DNA from: an uncultured Candidatus Binatia bacterium | Lineage (GTDB): Bacteria; Desulfobacterota; Binatia; UBA9968; JAJDTQ01 | Length of the DNA stretch: 64,000 bases | Assembly (NCBI GenBank): GCA_964291295.2 | Contig: OZ219754.1 | Span: 1,984,001 to 2,048,000 of the forward strand | Direction: 5' to 3' | In this document: piece by piece, positions 38,064 to 46,499 of the stretch | Layout of the letters: every line of letters starts with the position of its first letter | Position numbering within the stretch: the first letter of the stretch is position 1 | Notes under the pieces: generated by a model | Database searches by the model: none | What the model was told of the DNA's origin: nothing | The model's input: only the letters and a program-made list of their open reading frames with translations | Program-made: the position numbers and the translations under genes

Positions 38064-39215
38064 ATGTACCTTGTTGACGCGGACGGACACGTCGAGGAGA
38101 GCGAAACCACATTCAGCGACACCTACCTGGACCCGGCATTCCGGGCTCAGCGGCCTCAGGTGGTGGCCATCGACCAGATGGTCTACTGGATGATCGAGGA
38201 GCAGTTGTACCCGCGCCGGGTCGGCCGCGGCGCCCACAATTTGGGGACGCCGGCCAGCTACAAGGGCAGAAAGACCCTCCACGCGCAGAAGAAGTCCGAC
38301 ACCACCGGCAGTATGGAGATCCACGGCGTCAAGGAGCGCATCGAGGCCATGGACAAGGAAGGGATCTCGTTGCAGGTCCTCTATCCCACGCTCTTCCTTG
38401 CCTATCCGCTGGCCGCGGACCCGGCGCTGGTGACCGCCATGGGATCCGCCTACAACCGCTTCCTGGGTGACCAGATCGGCGCCCACGAGCGGCTCAAGTG
38501 GGCGGCGGTGGTGAACCTGGATGACGTCGACGGCGCGGTGCGCCAGCTCCGGGAGGCGCATGAACTCGGCGCCGTGGCCGTCATGGTGCTGGGTACCATC
38601 GGCGACCGGTTGCTCGACGACCCGGCCTTTCTGCCGTTCTACGAGGCGCTGGTGGAGCGGGATCTGACCTTGGCGATCCACGTCGGCTGGGCCACGCCGG
38701 CCCTGAACGGTCTCTTCACCCACATCTATCCGTCCTCGGTGAACGCGTTTCTGATGCCGGTCCTGCTGGGTTTTTCGGCCATGATCCACAGCGGCCTGCT
38801 GGACCGGTTCCCCACCATGCGGGTGGGCTTCCTGGAAGCCGGCTGCCAGTGGGTCCATTTCATGGTAGACCGCATGGACCACCGCTTTGGCCATTCGGGC
38901 AACTTCCTCGCCGAGATCCTCCCGGCCACGGTCCCCAAGGCGAAGCTGGCGCCGATGGAATATCTCCGGCAGGGCAATCTCTACCTCAGCGCGGAGGTGG
39001 AGGACACGCTGTTGCCCCAAGTGGTGGAGTTCGTGGGCGAGGGGCAGGTGGTCTACGGCTCGGACATGCCCCACGGCGACCGCGAGGTGCTGTCCAGCGA
39101 CTACCTGAAGCAACGGGAGGATCTCAGCCAGACCGTCAAGACCAGGATCCTTCGAGACAACGGCGCCAGGCTCTATAATCTGGACATCGGCGACGCGGTG
39201 AGGAAGGCGTCGTAG
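38064..39215 (+). CDS. Amidohydrolase 2 family protein
   Basis: VDADGHV, QVLYPT, YNRFL, IHVG, FLEAG, GSDMPH. Confidence 0.9.
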   Translation: MYLVDADGHVEESETTFSDTYLDPAFRAQRPQVVAIDQMVYWMIEEQLYPRRVGRGAHNLGTPASYKGRKTLHAQKKSDTTGSMEIHGVKERIEAMDKEGISLQVLYPTLFLAYPLAADPALVTAMGSAYNRFLGDQIGAHERLKWAAVVNLDDVDGAVRQLREAHELGAVAVMVLGTIGDRLLDDPAFLPFYEALVERDLTLAIHVGWATPALNGLFTHIYPSSVNAFLMPVLLGFSAMIHSGLLDRFPTMRVGFLEAGCQWVHFMVDRMDHRFGHSGNFLAEILPATVPKAKLAPMEYLRQGNLYLSAEVEDTLLPQVVEFVGEGQVVYGSDMPHGDREVLSSDYLKQREDLSQTVKTRILRDNGARLYNLDIGDAVRKAS

Positions 39216-39228
39216 CGTCCCGCGGCGC

Positions 39229-39498
39229 TCACTCCCGGGAGAGGTCCGGTTGCCGGAGGATGATCTCCCGGGAGCGGATGGTCACGAGCCGGTCGAGTCG
39301 GCCCAGCATGACCTTGGCGGCTTCGGTCGAGATGGCTTGGCCGAAGATGTGGTAGCGTTCTCCGTCGAGACTCTGGTTGTTGGCCCAGACGGCGAACTCG
39401 TGAGGGGTGGGAGCATGGCCCAGTTCCCGGGCGCAGCGTCGCACCACGAAGCCGAGCATCACCTTCCGACCCTTGCCGTTGTCCGCACCGGACGACAT
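39229..39498 (-). CDS. Small hypothetical protein (89 aa)
   Basis: ATG start, GC3-biased codons, fills the intergenic gap; contains ELGHAPTPHEF. Confidence 0.6.
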   Translation of the reverse strand: MSSGADNGKGRKVMLGFVVRRCARELGHAPTPHEFAVWANNQSLDGERYHIFGQAISTEAAKVMLGRLDRLVTIRSREIILRQPDLSRE

Positions 39499-39569
39499 AC
39501 CGGAAGTTCATAGGTCAACCACAAACGGGTTTCAACCCGACCCGGATACGCGAGGCAGAGGAGGCAGGC

Positions 39570-40547
39570 TTGGCGACTCGCAGGCGCGCGAAACTGACCA
39601 TGGAGTCGATCCGGCAGGCGGCGAAGCGGCTGCGCAACTGGGGCCGGTGGGGCAAGGACGACGAGGTCGGCACGCTCAACTTCACCACCTCCGAGGACAT
39701 CGTCGGCGCCGCCCGACTCGTGCGCAAGGGCCAGGTCTTTTCCCTCGCTCTCGCTTTCGACGCTGGCGGCCCGCAGGGCGGCAAGAGCAACTACCCGGCC
39801 ATGGGGCGGTTCAATCCCATCCATCTCATGCTGCGCACCGGCACGGACGCGTACTCGGGGGTGCTCGACCATCGGGGCATCCGCGGCGCCGACGACGTCA
39901 TCATCATGCCGCTGCAGGCCGGCACCCAATGGGACGGGCTGGCGCACATCTTCTACGAAGACCGGATGTACAACGGCTACGACTGTCGCCTGGTGACCAG
40001 CGGGGGCGCTGCCAGGAACGGCATCGAGAAGACGCGTGCGAAGATGGTCGGCCGCGGCGTGCTGCTGGACGTGGCCCGGGCCAAGGGCCGCGAGTGGCTG
40101 AAGGACGGCTACGCCATCACCGAACGCGACCTCGACCGCGCCATGAAGCGTCAGCAGGTGGATGTGCGCCGGGGCGACTACCTGCTGGTGAGGACAGGCC
40201 AGATGAAGGCGAGACTCGACGCCGGATCCTGGGACGGCTATCCGGGCGGGGACGCGCCGGGGCTCGGCTTCGAGACCCTCGACTGGCTCCACTCCAGGGA
40301 GGTGGCCGCGGTGGCGACGGACACCTGGGGGGTGGAGGTGCGGCCCAACCAGATCCGGGAAGTCAATCAGCCGTGGCACTGGATCAGCATCCCCAACATG
40401 GGCCTCACGGTGGGCGAGATATTCTATCTGGAAGAGCTGGCGGACGATTGCGCCGGGGACGGACGCTACGAGTTCATGTTCGCGGGTCCGGCGCTGCCGT
40501 TCACCGGCGCGGTGGGCTCCCCGACGAACCCGTTGGCCATCAAGTGA
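39570..40547 (+). CDS. Cyclase family (kynurenine formamidase-like) metal hydrolase
   Basis: NWGRWGKDDEVGTLN, QAGTQWDGLAH, GRGVLLD, VRTG, GSPTNPLA. Confidence 0.92.
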   Translation: MATRRRAKLTMESIRQAAKRLRNWGRWGKDDEVGTLNFTTSEDIVGAARLVRKGQVFSLALAFDAGGPQGGKSNYPAMGRFNPIHLMLRTGTDAYSGVLDHRGIRGADDVIIMPLQAGTQWDGLAHIFYEDRMYNGYDCRLVTSGGAARNGIEKTRAKMVGRGVLLDVARAKGREWLKDGYAITERDLDRAMKRQQVDVRRGDYLLVRTGQMKARLDAGSWDGYPGGDAPGLGFETLDWLHSREVAAVATDTWGVEVRPNQIREVNQPWHWISIPNMGLTVGEIFYLEELADDCAGDGRYEFMFAGPALPFTGAVGSPTNPLAIK

Positions 40548-40569
40548 GCGAACCACACGACCGGAGGAG

Positions 40570-41391
40570 ATGACAATGGCGGCGCAACTTGGCTCGGTAT
40601 GGCTTCAGGAACTGACCTGGGAGGAGGTTGCGGCCTATCTTGAGGACTCCGACATGGTCATCTGTCCGGTGGGGAGCACCGAAGAGCACGGCCCCGCCGG
40701 GCCCCTCGGACTGGACTGCCTCATCGCCATCGCGCTGGCGGAGGACGCCGCCCGGGCCACGGGAACGCTGTGCACCCCGCCGCTGTGGTTTGGCGACTCG
40801 CCCCATCACCTGGGCTTCCCGGGGACCATCTCGCTCCGCACCGAGACGTTGATGGCGGTGATTCAGGACATGAGCCGCAGCCTGCGCAAGCACGGGTTCC
40901 GGAAGATCCTCATCATCAATGGACACAAGGGTGCCAACCTTCCCGGCCTGCTGGCGGCCACCAAGAACCTGCGCGAGTTCGAGATGCCCGAGGTCTTCTT
41001 CGCGGTCATCGATCCGGTGAAGATCGCCAAGAAGATCGCCAACGAGATCAAGGAATCCAGCGAGCACCACAGCGGCGAACTGGAGATCTCGGAGTGCTGG
41101 TACAAGTACCCCCACCTGATCAGGCAAGAGAAGCTGACCACGTCGCAGGTGGACTTCGACAGAAACTTCTCGCCGTGGGCCCACGGGGACCTCTTCTCCG
41201 CGCCGCACGAGGTCATCGACATTCCCTGGACCAGCACCGAGCAGCGCCGGATCGTGCCCACCGGCTCCTTCAGCCCCTCCATCAAGGCCTCCCCCGAGAA
41301 GGGCAAGGCCTACCACGATTACATGGTTGACCAGATCGTCCGGTTCATCGGCTGGCTGCGTGACTACGACGGGCCGGTGGCGCAGGTTTGA
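40570..41391 (+). CDS. Creatininase-family amidohydrolase
   Basis: LTWEEV, PVGSTEEHG..D, HLGFPGT, NGH, HSGELE, ASPEKG. Confidence 0.9.
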   Translation: MTMAAQLGSVWLQELTWEEVAAYLEDSDMVICPVGSTEEHGPAGPLGLDCLIAIALAEDAARATGTLCTPPLWFGDSPHHLGFPGTISLRTETLMAVIQDMSRSLRKHGFRKILIINGHKGANLPGLLAATKNLREFEMPEVFFAVIDPVKIAKKIANEIKESSEHHSGELEISECWYKYPHLIRQEKLTTSQVDFDRNFSPWAHGDLFSAPHEVIDIPWTSTEQRRIVPTGSFSPSIKASPEKGKAYHDYMVDQIVRFIGWLRDYDGPVAQV

Positions 41392-42590
41392 TCCACATGG
41401 ACGCGGGCGAATCCCACGCGCCCACCGGGCTTCCGGAGCACACGCGGCACCTCCGGGACCAGGGCCGGGATATCTATCTCGTGGGCACGGCGCATGTCTC
41501 GTCGGGGAGCATCGAGGATGTGTGCACGACCGTCGAGCGGGTGGATCCCGACGCCATCTGCGTGGAGTTGTGCCAGGCCCGGTACGAGGCCTTCACCCGG
41601 CCCGAAGCATGGCGGAAGATGGATATCTTCAAGGTCATCCGGGAGGGCAAGGCCGTCCTGCTGTTGAGCCAACTGTACATGTCCGCGTTCTACCGGCGTA
41701 TCGGCGACCGGCTCGGCGTGCGCCCCGGAGCCGACATGCTGGAGGGCATCAGGCTGGCTCACGAGCGGGACGTCGAACTGGTGCTGGCCGACCGCGACGT
41801 CCAGGTGACGCTCAAGAGAACCTGGCGGCGCCTGGGCTGCTGGAACAAGCTGAAGCTGCTCTTCTTCGTGTTGACCCATGCCGTGGTGGAGCCGGAGATC
41901 GACCAGGAGGCGGTGGATGCTCTCAAGCGGCGGGAACGGGTGGACGATCTCCTGATGGAGTTCGCCAAGGCGTTCCCGGCGGTCAAGGAGAGTATCATCG
42001 ACGAGCGGGATGTCTACCTGGCGCAGAAGATCCGGGCGGCCCGGGGGGAGAGGATCGTGGCGGTGGTGGGAGCGGGACACGTGCCGGGTATCACCCGTGA
42101 GATTCACCGGAACCGCCCGCTCGCTTCCCTGGAGACGGTGCCCGTGCGGCCGTTCTGGTCCAGGAATGTCAAGTGGCTGGTGCCGCTGGTGATCGCGGCG
42201 ATCATCGCGTACGGTTTCTACAGCGCCGGCGCCGCCCACTCGCTGGAATCCATCTCCATCTGGGTGCTGGCAAACGGCGTGCTCGCGGCCGTGGGGGCGG
42301 CTCTGGCGCTGGGCCATCCGGTCACGGTGATGGCCGCGTTCCTGGCTGCCCCCATCACCAGTCTGAACCCCACCATCGCCGCGGGATGGGTCTCCGGACT
42401 GGTCCAGGCGTGGGTCAAGAAACCGACCGTGGCGGACCTGGAAGGCATATCGGAGGTGGTGGCGTCGTTCCCCAAGGGGCTCTGGCGCAACCCGGTCTCA
42501 CGCATCCTGCTGGTTGTCGTGTTCTCGAATCTGGGAAGCACCCTGGGAACTTTCATCGGCGGCAGCTGGATCGCCGCACGCCTGTTCTAG
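41388..42590 (+). CDS. TraB/PrgY (pheromone shutdown) family membrane protein
   Basis: LVGTAHVS, VELC..R, PGADM, ADR, DERD, VVGAGHVPG; C-terminal TM with APITSLNP. Confidence 0.9.
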   Translation: MIHMDAGESHAPTGLPEHTRHLRDQGRDIYLVGTAHVSSGSIEDVCTTVERVDPDAICVELCQARYEAFTRPEAWRKMDIFKVIREGKAVLLLSQLYMSAFYRRIGDRLGVRPGADMLEGIRLAHERDVELVLADRDVQVTLKRTWRRLGCWNKLKLLFFVLTHAVVEPEIDQEAVDALKRRERVDDLLMEFAKAFPAVKESIIDERDVYLAQKIRAARGERIVAVVGAGHVPGITREIHRNRPLASLETVPVRPFWSRNVKWLVPLVIAAIIAYGFYSAGAAHSLESISIWVLANGVLAAVGAALALGHPVTVMAAFLAAPITSLNPTIAAGWVSGLVQAWVKKPTVADLEGISEVVASFPKGLWRNPVSRILLVVVFSNLGSTLGTFIGGSWIAARLF

Positions 42591-42629
42591 CCGCGCCCCT
42601 CGCTCCGAGTCTCCGATGGAGGTGAACCC

Positions 42630-43358
42630 ATGGCGGATCCGGCAAGTGTCAAGATTGGTTTCGTCACCCCGGTATCGAGTTCCAGCCCCCACTTCGAGCC
42701 GTTCAGGGCTTTCATTCCCAAGGAAGTGGAGATGGAGTTCGAGGGGCTGGGAATCGTCCGCGGCTCGCTGGAGAGCCTCCGCGGCACTGGCGACAGGGTG
42801 GTGGAGACATCGGCCCGGCTGGCGCGGGAGCGCGGCTGGCAGGGCGTCATCGTCAGCGGAGCCCCGGTGGAGGTTCTCAATCCGGGACTGCTGGCGCGGT
42901 TGAAGGACGCCGTGGACGTGCCGGTGACCACCGCCCTGGAATCATGCGTCGAGGCCATCAAGTCGCTCTCGGCGTCCCGGGTGCTGCTGCTGACCCCGTT
43001 CGTGGAGTCCATGAACGAACGGATCCGCGGCTGCCTCGCGGACCGCGGCATCGAAGCGACCTCGCCCGCCGATACCTTCGACGACTACCGCGACGCCATG
43101 AAGGTCGAACCCGATGACGTGTACCGGCTCGCACGGAAGGCGTCGGACGCCTGTCCCGAGGCGGAGGTGATCTACTTCCAGGGGGCGGTGCTGGATCCTC
43201 TGGAGGTTCTGGACCGGATGGAGCGGAATTTGTCGCGGCCGGTGGTGGCGAGCAATCCCGCCATGCTCTGGTTCATGCTGTCACGGGTGGGGTTCTCCTG
43301 CAGCATTTCCGGCTACGGAAAGCTGCTGCGGGACTGGCCCGCCATCAAGGGGGGATGA
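42630..43358 (+). CDS. Asp/Glu racemase-fold protein (maleate isomerase/arylmalonate decarboxylase-like)
   Basis: IGFVTP, PVTT, LLTPF, PVVASNPAMLW, GYGKLL. Confidence 0.8.
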   Translation: MADPASVKIGFVTPVSSSSPHFEPFRAFIPKEVEMEFEGLGIVRGSLESLRGTGDRVVETSARLARERGWQGVIVSGAPVEVLNPGLLARLKDAVDVPVTTALESCVEAIKSLSASRVLLLTPFVESMNERIRGCLADRGIEATSPADTFDDYRDAMKVEPDDVYRLARKASDACPEAEVIYFQGAVLDPLEVLDRMERNLSRPVVASNPAMLWFMLSRVGFSCSISGYGKLLRDWPAIKGG

Positions 43359-43380
43359 CGGTGCCCCGGCGCCTTCGGGC

Positions 43381-45066
43381 TTACGCGCGGAATCTGGCGT
43401 AGCCCCAGCCCAGGGCTCCCAAGCCCACTATCAGGCCGAAGATCCACTGCCAGTAGGGCTCCAGAACGAGTTTACCCTCGACCTGCTGCTGCAGCGCGTC
43501 CCGTTCAGCCGCCACCCGGGTCATCTGCAGGGCGAGTTCCTGCTTGTCGGCACCCAGAGCCGCGACGGCCTTGTCCCGGTCGCTGCGCGTTCGGGCCAGC
43601 GAACGGCTGGTCTCGTCCAGTTGCCGCCGCAGCCGCGCGGCGGTCTGGTCGTGCGCTTCGGAGAGGGATGCGATTCTTTCGGTCATCTCCCTTTCCCTGG
43701 CAGCCAACTCGGCGACCGCCTGCTCCTTTTCCACACGTGTCCGCTCCAGTGACGCCCTCACCTGAGCCAGGCGCTGTGCGGCCGCGGTTTCGAGCGCGGT
43801 TTCATCGGGCGCGGCGAGGGCTTCCGGTTGCCGTGGCTCGCCCGCCATCCTGGCGGGAATGGGCTGTTCCCGTACGGCTTCGATCCTCACCTCGACCTTC
43901 TCCGCCTGCAGCCCCGGCGGTTCCGTGTCCTGTCTCTGTCTGGGCCGAGTCGCTTCCGCTTCGGCCCGCTCCCGTTCGGCCTGCGCCTGTTCCAGAGCGC
44001 GAGTCGTTTGAGCCAGTTGCCGTTCCAGCTGATTGACGGTCTGTTGGTGGGTGTTGACAAGGGACTCCAGGCTCTGGGTGGCTGCCAGTTCCCGGGCGGC
44101 CAAGGCATCTTCCTTCTCGGTGCGGCTCTGCGCCAGGGAGGCGGTGGTCTGAGCCAGTTGCCGCTCCAACTGTTGAACGGACTGTTCGTGGGCGGCAGCG
44201 AGAGACGCGAGCCTTTGCTCGGCTTCCCGCTCCCTGGCGGCGTAGTGGGCCAGGGCCTGTTCCTTTTCGGTGCGGCTCCGCTCCAGGGACTGTGTCACCT
44301 TTGCCAGTCGCTGCCGCAACTGGGTCAGCATGGTTTTCTGGTTCGCCACCTGGGCCTCCAGGGAATGTCTGAGGGCCTCCAGTCGCCCGGTCTCGGTCGT
44401 CATCGCGCCAATGACGCCGTCCTGTCGGGCCACCCGGGCCGTGAGCCCGTCGACTTGTGCACCCAGTTCGTCGCGCTTGAGCACGAGTGCCGCGAAGTTC
44501 TCTTCCAGCTCGGCCTTGGCGGCGGTCAGGAGCGCGTTCTGCTGAACCAGCGTGTCCCTGAGACCGGCAAGTTCCCGGGTTCTGGCATCCAGCCCCTGAA
44601 CGGTGGCGGCCCTCTTGTCGAGTTCCAGCGCAAGCCGGTCCACGGTATCAAGGGTATCGTCCCTTTCGGCGGTCAGGGCAGCCACTCTCCGCTGATACCG
44701 GTCCACGGTCCTGCGCCGTTCGTCCATGGCCGTGGTCAGCTCTTGTCGGACTTGTGCCAACGATGCCGTGAGTTCGTCGATCCGCTGTTGCGCCCCCGTG
44801 AGTTCCTGTTGTCTTTGCTCCAGCATTTCCCCGGACCGGGATACATCCCGTGCAAGATCCTGGACTCGCGCCTCGAGGGAGGTGACTTCCCGCCCACGCT
44901 GTTCCAGGTCTTGCGTCAGCGTGGCGTTGTCCGCTTCCACGCGTTGCTTCTCGCGATTCAGTTTCTCATGTTCCTCGAGGGTGACGCAGGAGGCCAGAGC
45001 CGCGAGCAATGCCACCGGCGCTACCGAAAGGCCAAGGTGTTTCAGATTGTACATCATGACGTCCAT
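43381..45066 (-). CDS. Coiled-coil repeat lipoprotein with C-terminal TM anchor
   Basis: Lipobox LAS-C, about 500 aa heptad-rich body, C-terminal WQWIFGLIVGLGALGWGY-ARFR. Confidence 0.75.
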   Translation of the reverse strand: MDVMMYNLKHLGLSVAPVALLAALASCVTLEEHEKLNREKQRVEADNATLTQDLEQRGREVTSLEARVQDLARDVSRSGEMLEQRQQELTGAQQRIDELTASLAQVRQELTTAMDERRRTVDRYQRRVAALTAERDDTLDTVDRLALELDKRAATVQGLDARTRELAGLRDTLVQQNALLTAAKAELEENFAALVLKRDELGAQVDGLTARVARQDGVIGAMTTETGRLEALRHSLEAQVANQKTMLTQLRQRLAKVTQSLERSRTEKEQALAHYAAREREAEQRLASLAAAHEQSVQQLERQLAQTTASLAQSRTEKEDALAARELAATQSLESLVNTHQQTVNQLERQLAQTTRALEQAQAERERAEAEATRPRQRQDTEPPGLQAEKVEVRIEAVREQPIPARMAGEPRQPEALAAPDETALETAAAQRLAQVRASLERTRVEKEQAVAELAAREREMTERIASLSEAHDQTAARLRRQLDETSRSLARTRSDRDKAVAALGADKQELALQMTRVAAERDALQQQVEGKLVLEPYWQWIFGLIVGLGALGWGYARFRA

Positions 45067-45197
45067 TCCTGGGCGGTGGAGAACTTCAACTCGACGATGT
45101 CTAATGGAAAGTATACACGATGTCCACCCTATGCCGGAGCATGCCGCGGCGCCTGCTCCCGGCCGTGAACATCGAATTCATGTGGCCGGTCCCGTGA

Positions 45198-46373
45198 CTA
45201 GATCACCTGCCGGCCGCGCAGTCCCTCGATGGCATCTTTGCCATACCCGAGGGCCTGCAGGATCTCATCCGTGTTCTCGCCCAGCATCGGCGGCGGCGTG
45301 GGGGTCTCCGGCGGGGTCCGGCTCATGTCCACGCCGCTCCCGACCAGCTTGACCTTGCCCATCCTGGGGTGCTCCACCTCGATGGGAAAGCCGTACCGCT
45401 TCACCTGTGGATCGTTGAACATCTCCTCGAGGTTGTTCAGCGGGGTGGACGGCACGTCGTACCGCTCCAGCTTCTTGAGCCACACATCGCGCGAGTCCCG
45501 GCCGAAAATGGCCTGGAGCTCCCGCTCCAGCAGGTCGTGGTTGGCGGTGCGGCTCTTCTTGTCGGCGAAACGAGGGTCCCGGGACCATTCGGGCCGTTCC
45601 ACGACTTCGAGCAGGCCGAGCCAGAACTTGGTGGGCGAAGACAGATGGACGACGAAGGGCCTGCCGTCCCGATCCACGAAGGCGAAGACGCCGGCGGTGC
45701 GGGTGCGGTCGGCCCGGCCGGGCACCACGCCGGTCTCGAAGAAGCGGGCGCAGTTCTCGGCAGTGAAGGACACCGAAGCCCGCAACAGCGAGGTTTCGAT
45801 CATCTGTCCCTCTCCGGTCATCATCCGGTTCACCAGAGCCGCCAGCACGCCGTAGCAGGCGTAGACCCCGGTCAGGTGATCGGACAGGGAGATGCCCATG
45901 CCCTTGGGGGCGTCCGGATCGGTCAGCAGGCTCAACAGGCCGCTCATCCCCTGGCCGACGGTATCGAACCCGGGCCGGTCCCGGTAGGGCCCTTCCTGGC
46001 CGAAGCCGGAGATGGAGCAATAGATGATCCCGGGGTTGAGCGCACGAACCGTCTCGTAGCCCAGACCCCGGCGCGCCATCACGCCCGGGCGGTGATTCTC
46101 TATGAGCACGTCGGACCCGGCGGCGAGCCGACGGCAGATGTCCCGGCCCTCCTCGCTGCGGATGTCCAGTGTGATGCTCTTCTTGTTCCGGTTCAGGCTG
46201 CAGAAGGTGGCCGAATAGAGCCGCTCGCCCCAGCCCCGGAAGGGGTCGCCCCGCTCCCGTTCCTCCACCTTGATGACCTCGGCCCCCAGATCCGCCATCA
46301 GCATGGATGCGAACGGGCCGGTCACGTAACTGGCCAACTCCAGAATCCGGATTCCTTCAAGCGTCCCGGCCAT
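45198..46373 (-). CDS. CaiB/BaiF family III CoA-transferase
   Basis: LEGIRILEL, GPFA, GAEVIKVE, NRNKKS, ENHRPG, SISGFG, catalytic D in SLSDH. Confidence 0.93.
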   Translation of the reverse strand: MAGTLEGIRILELASYVTGPFASMLMADLGAEVIKVEERERGDPFRGWGERLYSATFCSLNRNKKSITLDIRSEEGRDICRRLAAGSDVLIENHRPGVMARRGLGYETVRALNPGIIYCSISGFGQEGPYRDRPGFDTVGQGMSGLLSLLTDPDAPKGMGISLSDHLTGVYACYGVLAALVNRMMTGEGQMIETSLLRASVSFTAENCARFFETGVVPGRADRTRTAGVFAFVDRDGRPFVVHLSSPTKFWLGLLEVVERPEWSRDPRFADKKSRTANHDLLERELQAIFGRDSRDVWLKKLERYDVPSTPLNNLEEMFNDPQVKRYGFPIEVEHPRMGKVKLVGSGVDMSRTPPETPTPPPMLGENTDEILQALGYGKDAIEGLRGRQVI

Positions 46374-46499
46374 GTCTCTTCCTCGCTCCTGGTGAATCGT
46401 CCCGGAGACAAGTGGCCGGTCCATGGGCGGTCTGGCCGATGGTCCGTGCAGGCCGGTCCATGGGCGTGGGCGTTGCTCCCATGTCTCCGGGAGGCGGCA

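Noticed and set aside
40570-41391. Mycofactocin MftE / RiPP cluster
   Set aside because: No precursor peptide, MftB chaperone or radical SAM gene in the window.
41388-42590. Conjugative element suggested by the name TraB
   Set aside because: This is the TraB/PrgY protease-fold family; no T4SS, relaxase or integrase is present.
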